Source: Octopus sinensis (taxonomy: Eukaryota). Taken from it: a DNA stretch of 64,000 nucleotides. Shown here piece by piece: positions 11,530 to 26,244 of this stretch. The DNA is taken from the NCBI RefSeq assembly GCF_006345805.1, contig NC_043002.1:54560001-54624000 (forward strand), in the 5' to 3' direction. Within the stretch, counting starts at the first letter, position 1; every line of letters begins with the position of its first letter. Under the pieces are notes generated by a model. The model searched no databases, was not told where the DNA came from, and saw only the letters and a list, made by a program, of their open reading frames with translations. Both the position numbers and the translations under genes were made by a program.

Positions 11530-13238
11530 CATAGGGAACAAAGCTCAATTTTTTGTCTATTGAATTAGATTTGATGGTTAGTTCTAGGTTACTGGGGTAC
11601 GTTGAGCACGATTATTTTACTCGGTTTTGCTCTATCAGGTCCTAATTTTATTCGGTCTTCACTAAGAAAAATAAACATTGAATCGAGTACGCAAATTTCG
11701 GCACCGCGATACGACCTGTGTTACATTCAAATGAAATCTCCATTCCAATATTTAAGAGTCTGCCACCTGAAGAATTAGTTGAAAATGTTCTAGAAAATTT
11801 TGTTATGCACTCTGAGGAGTTTGACACCGATTTTGACCCCAGCGTATTTGAAAGTCAAAATGATCCACAAAAGTGTAACCAAGCCGAGTTGAATGACCTT
11901 GTAAGGGATCTAAATTTGCCAAAGCGCAAATTTTAGCTTTATGACTTAGAGAGAAAAATTTGCTTACTTCAAACACATATATTACATTTTACAGAGAACT
12001 TCTTAAATATTTTAAAACAGGAAATAGTTTAGTATATTGCTGCGACATACGTACTTTGTTACAGGAGATGGGGGTTGAGTCTTACGATGCAAATGATTGG
12101 CGCTTGTTTTTAGACTGGTCGAAAGAAGTTTTAAGTGTGTGTTGTTGCACAATGGCAATGTATACGGCTCGATCCGACTGGGCACTCAACAAAATTAAAA
12201 GAAAAGTATGAACATATAGAAAAGGTTTTAAATCTTATAGAGAGCAGGGTATAGTAAATACCCCTTTGTCCGTTGCTTATGGGACAGCAAAGCCAAGGAA
12301 GAACATGATTTCAAACAAACCTGGCCAGCTCGAACATTACATACTGTCGGAGAGAAAAACGTAATTAATCCATCCTTAGTGACAGAGATAAAAATCATAT
12401 TTCCTCCTCTGCATATCAAACTAGGCCTCATTAAACAATATGTAAAAACTTTTGATACAAATGGTAAGTGTTTCAAATACATAACTTCAAAATTTCCAAG
12501 TTTGAGTTATGAAAAAATCAAGGTGGTAATTTTCGACGGTTCACAAATAAGAACATTAATTAAAGACTGCGATTTTCCTAATGTCATGCATGAACGCGAA
12601 AGAAAAATGCCTAGTTCCCATTCGTGGACTTGATAGAGAACTTTTTAGGCAATTATAGCGCAGATATCTACGAAGAAGTCGTAAAATAACTTCTAAAAGA
12701 CTACAAAAAGTTAGGTATCAACATGAGCATAAAAATGCATTTTTTGAATAGCTATCTTGACTAATTTCCAAGGAATTTAGGTGCTGTAAGTTACGAACAA
12801 GAGGAGAGATTCCACCAGGGTATCAAAATTATGGAGGAACGGTACTAGGGACGCTGGGATTCCCACATGATGGCGGATTTCTGTTGTTGCTTGAAAAGAG
12901 ACTTGCCATCAACAAGCAAATACGCTAGAAAGTCTTAAAATTTTTGCCCGACTGAAAGCTTCATATCTCTTTATTATTTTTCTTTCAAGTCATTTCTATC
13001 GTTCTAATGTAATTTCACAGTAGTTTGAACTGCTTGTATTCATGAAACTTGAAAATAAATTTGAACACGTCACTTAACTTTTTAGTCCTAATTTGAAAAA
13101 TCTGGAAAATTACACATAGGTTGCTGACAAGAATCAGGAACTGATAAAGCTAAGCCGAGTTGAAATTCGTATTTAGCACACTCAAATTACTTAGAATCAA
13201 GTGGCAGATATCATTCAATGAATATGTGTTCCCCAGAT
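11530..13238 (+). mobile_element. Chapaev3-like (CMC) DNA transposon, decayed
   Basis: Imperfect ~110-bp TIRs (cat.gggaaca...ctcggttttgctctatcaggtcct / aggaactgataaagctaagccgag...tgttccccag) enclosing a fragmented transposase. Confidence 0.7.
11700..12940 (+). pseudogene. Chapaev3-like transposase pseudogene
   Basis: Motifs across frames: QAELNDLVRDLNL, DWRLFLD, CVLLHNGN, LWDSKA, PPLHIKLGLIKQYVK, EKIK..IFDGSQIR, NMSIKMHFL, NLGAVSYEQEERFHQGIK, GRWDSHMMADFC. Many stops and frameshifts. Confidence 0.8.
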
Positions 13239-14416
13239 ATACCAATCTACTTAAGATAGTAAATGATAACATATGACTTGGAGGAGTCTTGACTGCAATT
13301 TTTAACAAAGCGACCGCACATCTGCTTCTTTATTGACTCAAACAGGAACGAAAACTAAACATGTGTGTTTTCAAGCATTTTCTATTTGGTGGACAACGCT
13401 AATAAGTGTTAAGAGTTTAGGAAACGGTCACTGGATGCAAAACAGCACCGGTGAAAGCGACACAAGCGTTTACCCATTGGCTGTAAATATGTAAATATGC
13501 AAATTCAATATCTACTAACACGTTCAGTTGCAACTATTCTGTATCGATTTCATTGTTATCTTATATTTTAATCCGGTTAAATATCAATGAATATAAATGC
13601 TATAGAAACTCTCTAATATGGCACTCGTGGGACCAGATAAATGCATAAATACAAAAAACTCCGGCTTATACAGAAACAACTTTTATCACTCTTCAACGGA
13701 TATCTGAAAAAGTTTAAGTATTTAATATTTATGCTATAACATCTTGGTTAAAGCTTAAACCAGGATATAAATACAATCAGCAAAGCCACCCCTCCTCAAC
13801 ACACATGCAAATAAAAATCAACAAAAATGCTTTTTTATTGTTTCATTCTTCAACAATATATCAAACACAATACATGAAATACTTGAAACAGTAAAATTTA
13901 AATACCTCACCCCCTACTACCACCGCCACCACTACCACCACACACCCACACATACACAAAGAAGAGAAAAAGAAACACAGAATTCTTATAACGTTGTTAA
14001 ACCGCCTGGAAGAATCATAAAACACCCTGGAAATATTAATATAGCTAAAAACAAGAAGAAAAAGAAAAGGAAAGCATTTCCTCTATCTGAAAGTTAACAA
14101 CACGTTGATAATAATCGCATCACAGCTATTATATACATGTCATAAATACTTAAAACCTTCTGTCAAATGTTTTAGCTAATTCAAAAAAAAAATCGCCAAA
14201 GTCGTTATCTATCTCTGTTTTCCATAGCGTTAAGCACACACACACACACACACACACTTCTTTTTACCCAAAGGCATTTTAAACCCAATATTTACACGAT
14301 GTTATTTATAGATTCGTTAATTCGAGTTTCACTATTCCCAAAAGGAATTATTTCACGTTCTCTCGAAATTTTTATGACGTCAACATGTGTGTGCGTGTGT
14401 GTGTGTGCGTGCGAGC

Positions 14417-14507
<91 letters not shown>

Positions 14508-15184
14508 AATTTATATGAGATGATCAGGGGCTGCTTCATTCAAACAGCAGTGTCGTTCGGTCCGTCTGCCGTACATATCAACAGTTTTGAAAGTAAAAAG
14601 ATAATTGCATTTCTTCAGTACTTTGCACCTCGCTGGCATGTATACTCAATCGTCTGAACGAAATCATGGTTAGACTTATATAATGCTTGCTTAAATCACA
14701 AACATAAACATAGATCAGATCCTACATCATAGTTCTAACATGAAGTTGTAAAGAACACGTTTATACTTTTGGTCTCACAGAATATATATATAAATTGAAT
14801 GCACATTATATGGATTTATATAATCCGGTGGCAACCACAAAAAAGCTTTTTAAAAAATTATGTTTTGAAAACTTTATCAAAAATAAAAGAGAATATTTAC
14901 ATTTTTATTAAAACATGTTACCGGTTTCAATTGTTTTAAAGCCCATTTAAGCGTGCTTTAAGAGAAGGGAAAATATATTTAAATAAATTAGATTAATCTC
15001 TCATGATATTAGTATTGGAAGTTCACATGTTTTTCTCACTAAACTCACATAGTGCTGGTAGTTGGCCTCCTTCTGATGATGATGCTGGGTGGTAGACGGT
15101 TTTTAAATGTCTATATATAGGGGTTGGACAAAATAATGGAAACACCTAGCATCATAAGCATCATAATTTTGAAATAATTTTTGC

Positions 15185-15380
15185 TCTTTTACTTGTTTCA
15201 GTCATTTGACTGCAGCCATGCTGGAGTACCACCTTTAGTCGAGCAAATCGACCCCATGACTTTTCTTTGTAAGCCTAGTACTTATTCTATCGGTTCTTTT
15301 TGCCGAACCGCTAAGTTTCGGGGACGTAAACGCACCAGCATCGGTTGTCAAGCGATATTGGGGGGACAAACACAAACACA

Positions 15381-15462
<82 letters not shown>

Positions 15463-15640
15463 CATATAAACATATATACGACGGGTTTTCAGTTTCTGTC
15501 TACGAAATCCACTCACAAGGCTTTGGTCGGTCCGAAGCTATAGTAGAAATCACTTACCCAAGGTGTCACGCAGTGGGACTGAACCCGGAATCATGTTGTT
15601 GGTAAGCAAGCTACTTACCACACAGCCACTCCTGCACCTA
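15185..15640 (-). mobile_element. SINE family B inserted in the Tc1 5' region
   Basis: Full reverse copy from the head (gcaggagtggctgtgtggtaagtagc) through the internal (GT)n to the tail. Confidence 0.9.
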
Positions 15641-15784
15641 TCTATAAAACCATCAAAAGCTTGTTTATTTTTATGTTTTTATATATTATTAGTGTTGCTT
15701 AATATGTTTTGCTAAAATTGCTGTTTCTTTTCAGATATCAACAGAAGAAGGTAATTAAAATTCCTTAAAATTCCTTAAAATTCA

Positions 15785-16790
15785 TTTCAAAGAGGTCTAA
15801 TTGTTGGTGCTCGTATGACAGGCGCTAGCATAACGAAAACAGCCGAAATGTTTGGTGTATCAAGAAGTGCTGTCTCGAAAGTGATGACAGCCTTTGAGAA
15901 AGAAGGAAAAACCTACTCATTGAAACAAAACTCCAGAAGAAAACCAAAACTTTCAGATAGAGACTATCGGACTCTTACGTGAATTGTAAGAAAGGATCAC
16001 AAAAGTACTTCTCCCAAAATTACTGCAGAGCTTAATGACCACCTCAAGAACCTAATTTCCGCAAAAGCTGTCGCCGGGAGCTGCACAAAGCCAGATTTCA
16101 CGAGAGGGCTGCAACTAGAAAAGCACTACTTCAAAAACAATTGTTTCAAAGCGTTTAGAGTGGAGCAAAAACCTACAGAATTGGTCCCTGGAATAGTGGA
16201 AGAATGTTATTTTCTCGGACGAGTCATTCTTTACCTTATTTCCAACCACCTGCCGAGTATACGTGTGGAAACAACCAAAAGAAGCATTTGACCCAGACTG
16301 CATTCTTCCAACTGTTAAACATGGAGGAGGATCTGTGATGAGCGGGGGAGGGGGGATCCGCCAGCCCAATGGTTTCCCTTCATGGCAGAATAAACAGTCA
16401 AGTCTATTTAAGCATTTTATCTGATCAAATTCATCCTATGATTGCGGAACTGTTTCCGGAAGGAAACGCAATCTTTCAGGATGATAATGCACCAGTTCAC
16501 ACACAGCTAAAGTTGTTACTGAATGGCACGAGGAGATTCTAGTGAAGTTGAACATCTTATCTGGACACCACAGTCCCCAGATCTCAATATTATTTAACAT
16601 TTATGATGCATTTTAGAAAAACAAATAAAGAGTCGATATCCTCTACCATCATCACTACCAGAACTGGAAACTGTTTTAGCTGAAGAATGGACAAAACTTC
16701 CTTTCGAAACAATTTAAACTTTGTACGAGTCCATACCTCGTAGAATACAAGCTGTAATTACTGCCAAAGGCGGTCCTACCCCAGATTAAA
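15785..16790 (+). pseudogene. Tc1 (DD34E-type) transposase pseudogene
   Basis: FQRGLIVGARMTGASITKTAEMFGVSRSAVSKV (paired-like HTH), WKNVIFSDES, PTVKHGGGSVM, FQDDNAPVH, WTPQSPDLNII, SIPRRIQAVITAKGGPT; frameshifted. Confidence 0.92.
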
Positions 16791-17049
16791 ATAAATTTGT
16801 CTGAAATGTTAAGGTGTTTCCATTATTTTGTTCAAGGATTATTTCGAAATAAATGTTGGTTGAATTTAACTTTAATAGGTTAATGGTTATGTATATGTAT
16901 GAATGTATATGATTCCCTTAAGGTAAATATTTGATTCAACAGCCAATGGTGGATTTTGAAAGACAATTCTTAAAAAGCGGAAACGCATCGGGTTTAAGAC
17001 AATTACAAGTTTGAATTTTACTAATCTTGCCATTGGAATAATTCAATTC

Positions 17050-17113
<64 letters not shown>

Positions 17114-17246
17114 TATTGTTAATTGACAACATTGTTTTCGAGAAACTACCTCTGGTGGCATAGCTAAGTGTAATTTTGGTTAAATATTTTTCTATATTTA
17201 TGGGCAATAAAAAAATGGAAACGCAAATATCTATACACACATATAC

Positions 17247-17306
<60 letters not shown>

Positions 17307-17307
17307 C

Positions 17308-17349
<42 letters not shown>

Positions 17350-17832
17350 TGCATACATACAAATATACATACACGCACACATATATTATACATATGTGAG
17401 AACGCACACGCACACTTAAACATAGCATAATTGTTCTTTTATTGCTTTCAAACACCGGAACGCAGCCATGCTTAGGAATCGCCTACAAGTGTTTTAGCGA
17501 ATTATACTGGCCTCAGTGCTTTGTGTAAAGCTTATTTTATCGGCTTCGGGCGGGACGAAAGACAAAAGTCGACCTTGACGTAACTCGAACAGAAATAAAT
17601 ATCACAAGGCATATATCCTTCAAATCACTTTCCGCCAACCACTCTCGAATAATACAATATAATGCATTATTCAATGCGTGTTAGTTAGAAAGTCTGCTCC
17701 GTCCGCCCGCCTTATTTTAACTGTGCTATGAATCTGTGTTTTCGTTGCTATCGGTTTCTTTTCATTTTGTAATATTTAAAGAAAACAATTTCTTATGTTT
17801 GTAAAAATAGCAATTACATATATGGTATTTTA

Positions 17833-18018
17833 CAGACAAGACAGTAAATTTCAAACGCAGTATAGCTGTGGAAACAGCTGAAATTTTGGGGTTTTTTTTT
17901 TTACCCTTATAAGATGGCCGCCTGCTGGCAACTTTTTTCCGTCTTATAAGGGTAAAAAAATATCCAATCTTTCTGCTGTTTTCACAGCTACACTGTTCAA
18001 AATTTACTTTCTTGTCTG
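17833..18018. mobile_element. Palindromic MITE with TA target duplication (Tc1/mariner-type)
   Basis: TA|cagacaagacagtaaatt...acccttataagatgg / ccgtcttataagggt...aatttactttcttgtctg|TA; ~80-bp arms. Confidence 0.8.
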
Positions 18019-18020
18019 TA

Positions 18021-18049
<29 letters not shown>

Positions 18050-18054
<5 letters not shown>

Positions 18055-18334
18055 GCGGACTGGCCAGATTGCCAGCATACTCGTTGGCAAGTAGGCCCCT
18101 GCGCCATGAGAATCCATTTATGGGGACCCGTGTTAGTATCTAAGGAGCCCATCGCCTCACGTTTGAGAATTGTTTATGCATACCTGGAAGAATACATTAA
18201 TTATTTCTGCCTGGCTGTGTTTGTAGACAATTGAAAAGAATACTTTTTAAAAAAATTAAATGATGGTATTGTAGTTGCGGATGGGCACCCTTAGTCTCCT
18301 GGCAACCAATATTTTTAGACCCAGTCCGCCACTG
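18050..18334. mobile_element. hAT-like MITE
   Basis: Terminal inverted repeats ggcggactgg / ccagtccgccactg. Confidence 0.6.
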
Positions 18335-18353
18335 TATATATACATACCCCCCC

Positions 18354-19400
<1,047 letters not shown>

Positions 19401-19815
19401 CTTATACCGTTAGTAAAAGCATCAGAGTCCAAACAAATAGAGATGTACATTGGCAAGACTAGTGGAAATGAGAAAATAAAAGGAGGCAGCGGAGTAATGC
19501 TGAAGGGTGAGAGTTGTGGAATGTGGGGGCAAGTATTCTATGATTAACATTAGTAGCAAAACTAATTGGTCAGTTGCATTGACGCACACACGCAAATAAA
19601 GTGGGGAGGGTAGAAAACGAGGAGGTGTTAGCAAGAATGTCAAGAGAAAATGAAAAAAATTTATTAGACAAAGAACTGAAGTGATAGCTTATCAGCAACA
19701 AAAATGTACAGAGACTGATGACAGAAAAATTACGAGAAATATATTTGAAATAATTTCTGTTAATTTAAAATAAAGAAGTATTTTTTATACTTTTATAGTA
19801 TTGTGATATACGTTT

Positions 19816-20609
19816 CTGGATATTTTCAATCTCAATCAGAGATTTTTAAATTAATTTTTTTTTTAACTAAACAGTTTGAAACTTCGGATACTGACTGAAT
19901 ATGTCACGTAGAACACGGTTTACTCTTAATTTTTTTGACAAAATTTTGTATTTTAGAAGTTATTTCGTGCTAAAGTTGTCGTATTTGGTTAATTTTAACC
20001 AATCAGTGACGTGTATTCAGCCGAAGAAAGTTACTGCTGTTTGCGAAAGTAATGGAAGAGCAACAACTTCTGGGTCATTGGGTCATGAAAGAGAGTGGGG
20101 GGAGAGAAAAATATAAAAGATAAAAAAGGTGGGTGAGAAAAACAAAGTTCTTTTATAGGGAATACATACGTGTGTGCGCGTGTGATTTTTTTCCATCTTA
20201 TCCAATGTGTCCTCTCGTTTATATAATGTTAGCGTGTGACGTTGAGAGAGATTTGGTTGTTATTTTCAGCAAATCGTAGAGAAAGAGAGAAAGAGAAAGA
20301 GAGAGAGAACGAAGAAAGAGGTGGTATGTTGACGATCTGAACGACAGCTTATATATATTTCTTTACTACACACAAGGGGCTAAACACAGAGGAGACAAAC
20401 AAGGACAGACAAAGGGATTAAGTCGATTACATCGACCCCAGCGCGTAACTGGTACTTAATTTATCGACCCCGGAAGGATGAAAGGCAAAGTCGACCTCGG
20501 CGGAATTTGAACTCGGAACCAACTCCCGCCACTGCATATTAATCTATTAAACCCTCTCCTTTTCCATGCTTCCATTTATCAGCTTTACATATGAATGTGT
20601 GTATGAGTG

Positions 20610-20647
<38 letters not shown>

Positions 20648-21128
20648 GTGTGTGTGTGTGTATGTGTGTGTGATGGACAGCATGAACAACCGTCGTCAAC
20701 TTCAAAATCCACCTCCCTCCTTAATGCTATATATTCCTCACACCCACGTCCCTTTCCTTTCCTCAGGGTTCTAAAAGTTGCATGTGTATGTATGTATTAG
20801 TGTGTGTGTGCATACGTATACATATGTCTGTGTATTTACGTACATACATGTATGCAGCGTCCAAAACAGACGACCTGGATGTTGTTGCTCTTCCATTACT
20901 TTCGCAAACAGCAGTAACTTTCTTCGGCTGGATACACGCCATTGTCTGGTTAAAATTACCCAAATATGACAACTTTAACAGAAATAACTTCTAAAATACA
21001 ACATTTTGCCAAAAACGTAAAGAGTAAACCGTGTTCTACGTGACACATTCAACCAGTATACGAAGTTTCAAACTGTTTAGCTAAAAAAAATTAATCAAAA
21101 ATCTCTGACTGAGATTGAAAAGATCCTA
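19816..21128. mobile_element. Foldback-like structure: two ~260-bp inverted arms (19816-20076, 20872-21128)
   Basis: The arms are imperfect reverse complements (e.g. cagccgaagaaagttactgctgtttgcgaaagtaatggaagagcaacaac); the spacer holds a SINE and microsatellites. Confidence 0.75.
20358..20520 (-). mobile_element. SINE family A, 5'-truncated
   Basis: ggatgaaaggcaaagtcgacctcggcggaatttgaactc core plus tail. Confidence 0.85.
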
Positions 21129-22185
21129 GTTTTTGGGGTTTTTTTTAATTGGTAGAATTCACTCGAAATTAGTGTTTATACTTTACAGTTTCCGTAGATA
21201 CGAAAGTTCGAAACTAGATTTTCCATAACGCGGAGGAAACTTATTTTATGAATAGTTTTCTTTACCTACATCGTACATAACTGCAGCACTGATCCATCAC
21301 ACACTATACATGTATAAATCTATAATTGTATTCATACCAACTGCACATATATATTACTATATATCTCTCTATGTAAAAGACTAAGTCGCACGTCACTTTT
21401 TGTTGTTGATTTTAAACAGTTTCTGTCACCTTATAGAAATATGGAAGGGAAAAACAGTGAGTTGAGAGAAGTGGAAGAGAAAATATTTTAAGGAGAGGTG
21501 AGTTAGAATGAGAGGTAGACATGGCTCAAAGTAAATGGATAAAGACTAATTGAATGAAGGCAAAATGAGACAAGATTTGAAGCAGAAAGATTAAGAATTA
21601 CTGAAAGGAGACAAAAATACAACCCATCATGTTTTATTGGTACTACTCTAGTATGTGTGATGTTTGTGTGCGTAAACACACACACTAACACATATACATA
21701 CATAAATACATGCAGACATCAACACACACACATCAATATGTCTGTATGTATATAGAAAGAGAAAGTAGGCGGGAGAAGGGTGTGTTGGGAGGGAGATATG
21801 GCTACTCATGATATTTCTAGCAGGTCGGTCGATAAAGTAAAGGCTTTGTTTATCTCCGTGAGAGAAATTTATTATTTTAGAGCAAGTTAGTTACTTAAGG
21901 GATATTTACCGGCTCCCATATCTTGCACGCTGACAGCTACAGTTGGACGTTAGATCTATTTTTTTAATGTATATGACGCTGCTAGTGGGGGTAAGGTGGG
22001 GTTAATAGTGGGGGTATATGCTATTTGGTATCAGCAGACTATTCAATAGGATATCGATTGTAAATCGAACAGTTTCTCCAGGAAGTGTAATTTCACACAC
22101 TGTCGTTCTATTATTAAACATAAGTTGGTGTATGCGTGGTCGTGGCATAGGGCTAATAATAAACACAGAGAACTGTAGTTTGGCC

Positions 22186-22222
<37 letters not shown>

Positions 22223-22410
22223 ACACCCTGACGAATACTCTCTGATATAGTTTTCCCGTTAAATGTCTGTTGATATATTTTCCAATATTCTTTTCACTCA
22301 TAAGCTCAACCAACCGTCAATATTCAACTAAAGATTTTTATTCGAAATAATTCCAGAATGTGATAACCTCGACATCCAACCACTTGTATTTTCTGCACTA
22401 AAACATGTGC

Positions 22411-22454
<44 letters not shown>

Positions 22455-22554
22455 TATATTATATATATATATATATGCATACATACATACAGCGTAGGCG
22501 AAAAGTCACGCACCAAAACGATTGACATTTTATTCATATTACATAATATCATTA

Positions 22555-22949
22555 TTAGCACGCCGGGTGAAATGCTTAGCGGTATTTCGTCTGCCGTTAC
22601 GTTCTGAGTTCAAATTCCGTCGAGGTCGACTTTGCCTTTCATTCTTTCGGAGTTGGTTAAATAAGTACCAGTTACGCACTGGGGTCGATATAATCGACTT
22701 AATCTGTTTGTCTGTCCTTGTTTGTCCTCTTTGTGTTTAGCCCCTTGTGGGTAGTAAAGAAATAGGTATTTCGTCTGCCGTTACGTTCTGAGTTCAAATT
22801 CCGCCGAGGTCAACGTTGCCTTTCATCCTTTCGGGGTCGATAAATTAAGTACCAGTTACGCACTGGGGTCGATGTAATCGACTTAATCCCTTTGTCTGTC
22901 CTTGTTTGTCCCCTCCATGTTTAGTCCCCTGTGGGCAATAAAGAAATAG

Positions 22950-22950
<1 letters not shown>
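22555..22950 (+). mobile_element. SINE family A with a tandemly duplicated body (dimer)
   Basis: ggtatttcgtctgccgttacgttctgagttcaaattccg...taaagaaatag occurs twice (~22581 and ~22765). Confidence 0.85.
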
Positions 22951-23021
<71 letters not shown>

Positions 23022-23047
23022 TATATATCATATTATTATTATTATTA

Positions 23048-23086
<39 letters not shown>

Positions 23087-23604
23087 GAGCGAGGAAGCAG
23101 CTCATGCCATCTAAGTGACACTGGGATACAAATATACGAATCCCTATATACCCATCATGACTACCCATCTGATAAGGGTACATCAGGCACATGCATCACA
23201 ACCACATGTACGCAACATGGTTATCTTTTATAAAGATAAACAGCGCATGACCTTGCAGGTTGGGCCCAGTTAGAATTTTCTTCACATCGAGTAGCCCATC
23301 CCACTCAAAGAGTCCTTGAAAAAGGTTTGTTTAAGGATGATGAACAAAACACCCATATTTCCAGAGGTAAATTACTCAAACTCCAAAGAATTCCTCTCAG
23401 CACATGATGCTCCCCAACTATTCCTGCTCGTGATCAGAGATGCACATATCATCAACCACTAAGGGACATGCTCAACTGGTTATGGTCAAGTAAATTTGTG
23501 GTGTTGAGCAGAAAATTTGCTGTAGCACATCATTTATACCAAGACAAAACAATGTACATGATAACACTTCCAATCAGTTAAGATCAGAAGCCATGAGAGC
23601 CACT
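23087..23604 (-). mobile_element. (AAT)n-embedded ~550-bp non-coding retroelement, copy A (R4/Dong-like, non-autonomous)
   Basis: Closely matches 46049-46601; flanked on both sides by (ATT)n; lacks ~20 bp at its presumed 5' end. Confidence 0.7.
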
Positions 23605-23621
23605 ATTATTATCATTATTAT

Positions 23622-23838
23622 TAAGGTGGCGAGCTGACAGAATCGTTAGCACGCTGGGCAAAATGCTTCTTAGCAACACTTCGTCTGTTCTTACGTTCTA
23701 AGTTCAAATTTCGCCGAGGTTGACTTTGCCTTTCATCCATTCGGAGGCGGTAAAAGGATTACCAGTGGACTACTGAGGTTGATTCAATCGACTAGCCCCC
23801 TCCCCCAAATTTCAGGTCTTGTACCAAGAGTAGAAAGG

Positions 23839-23840
<2 letters not shown>
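23622..23840 (+). mobile_element. SINE family A
   Basis: aaggtggcgagctgacagaatcgttagcacg head through the core to an (ATT)n tail. Confidence 0.85.
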
Positions 23841-23886
<46 letters not shown>

Positions 23887-24481
23887 GTTGTTGTTATTGT
23901 TGCTGTTCATCATGTACATATACGTGTATATTCATCGTTATTTTATTTGTAATTAAATATAAAGTGTTGTTTTTAAAATGTGCAATGGTTCGTGACTTTT
24001 GGGCCACCTTGTATCCACACACGCGCGCACGAACACAGAGTGTTAACTGTTGAAAAAAAAAGGTTACTAAATACTATAGTAGAAATGCATATTATATAAT
24101 CTCTTGCCACTCTGAGTTTTACCTGTAGGAGCGCAGGACAATCAGGAAGTTATGACTCGAGCAAAATAAAATACATATTCCTCATACTATTTCGGCTGAC
24201 TCAGCCAAAATAGCATATGTGTTTGAGGGTGTAATGGCGATATGATTTTTCTAATTCATAACTATGACCAGTTACAAGACGAAACATGAATATTTATGAT
24301 CAATATATTCATATTCTCAATTCTGATGAATGTTATGTACGTAACTACGTTTTCACAAGGCACTGAGTTCTTTAAGATGAAGACTATTTTCCTTCTGTGT
24401 ATGTGTATGTGTGTATGTATGTGTGTGTATGTGTGTGCGTGTATGTGCGTGTATGTGTATGCATGTATGTATGTGTTTGTA

Positions 24482-24531
<50 letters not shown>

Positions 24532-24751
24532 TGTGTTAGGTTTTATATTATAATAAAAACAATTTCACATCAAATTGAATATTACTCAATACATTTGACC
24601 GAGTACAAATATATTATTCAACAAGAATAGTATTGACAGCTAAGCCATCAGCGGACTGGGTGAAACTTCGAAGTCACTGTCAATAGTACTTTTGTTGAAG
24701 AATAATGTTTGTGTGTGTGTGTGAGTGTGGTGTGTGTGTGTGTGTGTGTGT

Positions 24752-24797
<46 letters not shown>

Positions 24798-24884
24798 GCA
24801 TGTCTTACAGTTCTATATTTAAGAAACGTGGAATTATGTGCGTTGTTTACATTATTTACATTTGACTGATATTTGTTTGTTGTT

Positions 24885-24930
24885 AACACAACGTTTCGGC
24901 TGATATACCCTCCAGCCTTCGTCAGGTGTC
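24885..24930 (-). ncRNA. Minimal type I hammerhead ribozyme motif (duplicate of 26065-26110)
   Basis: Identical to the 26065-26110 motif; lies within the duplicated unit. Confidence 0.7.
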
Positions 24931-25004
24931 TTGGGGAAATTTCGAACCTGTTCTCATTCCTAAGGTATTTTTGGATGTTTTGTTTATTTTATTATTATTT
25001 ATTA

Positions 25005-25078
<74 letters not shown>

Positions 25079-25930
25079 GTTGTTGGTGTTGTTATTGTTG
25101 CTGTTCATCATGTACATATACGTGTATATTCATCGTTATTTATTGTAATTAAATATAAAGTGTTGTTTTTAAAATGTGCATGGTTCGTGACTTTGGGCCA
25201 CCTTGTATCCACACACGCGCGCACGAACACAGAGTGTTAACGGTGAAAAAAAAAGTTACTAAATACTATAGTAGAAATGCTATTATATAATCTCTTGCCA
25301 CTCTGAGTTTTACCTGTAGGAGCGCAGGACAATCAGGAAGTTTGACTCGAGCAAAATAAAATACATATTCCTCATACTATTTCGGCTGACTCAGCCAAAT
25401 AGCATATTGTTGAGGGTGTAATGGCGATTGATTTTTCTAATTCATACTATGACCAGTTACAAGACGAAACATGAATATTTATGATCAATAGATTCATATT
25501 CTCAATTCTGATGAATGTTATGTACGTAACTACGTTTTCACAGGCACTGAGTTCTTTAAGATGAAGACTATTTTCCTTCTGTGTATGTGTATGTGTGTAT
25601 GTTGTGTTGTATGTGTGTGCGTGTATGTGCGTGTATGTGTATGCATGTATGTATGTGTTTGTAGCATATATTATATATATATATATATATAATATATATA
25701 TATACACATATTGTGTTAGGTTTTATATTATAATATAAAACAGTTCACATCAAATTGAATATTCTCAATACATTTGACCGAGTACAAATATATTATTCAA
25801 CAAGAATAGTATTGACAGCTAAGCCATCAGCGGACTGGGTGAAACTTCGAAGTCACTGTCAATAGTACTTTTGTTGAAGAATAATGTTTTGGTGTTGTTG
25901 TGATTGTGTGTGTGTGTGTGGTGTGTGTGT

Positions 25931-25976
<46 letters not shown>

Positions 25977-26064
25977 TGCATGTCTTACAGTTCTATATTT
26001 AAGAAACGTGGAATTATGTGCGTTGTTTACATTATTTACATTTGACTGATATTTGTTTGTTGTT

Positions 26065-26110
26065 AACACAACGTTTCGGCTGATATACCCTCCAGCCTTC
26101 GTCAGGTGTC
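26065..26110 (-). ncRNA. Minimal type I hammerhead ribozyme
   Basis: Minus-strand RNA GACAC-CUGACGA-A-GGCUG(GAGGGUAUAU)CAGCC-GAAA-CG-U-U-GUGUU: stem I GACAC/GUGUU, stem II GGCUG/CAGCC, palindromic ACGU in place of stem III. Confidence 0.75.
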
Positions 26111-26167
26111 TTGGGGAAATTTCGAACCTGGGTTCTCATTCCTAAGGTATTTTTGGATGTTGTTGTA

Positions 26168-26236
<69 letters not shown>

Positions 26237-26244
26237 ATTATTCA

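Larger units (their letters stand above)
15118..16835 (+). mobile_element. Tc1-like DNA transposon with a nested SINE
   Basis: TIR ggggttggacaaaataatggaaacacct (15120) / aggtgtttccattattttgttcaa (16812-16835), TA at the left end; the right tip is truncated. Confidence 0.9.
23885..26170. repeat. Tandem duplication of a ~1.19-kb unit bounded by (ATT)n
   Basis: gttgctgttcatcatgtacatatacgtg at ~23899 and ~25097; the copies differ mostly by single-base indels. Confidence 0.92.

Noticed and set aside
13470-13510. CCAAT plus octamer (ATGCAAAT) promoter-like cluster
   Set aside because: Short motifs expected by chance in AT-rich DNA; no associated gene.
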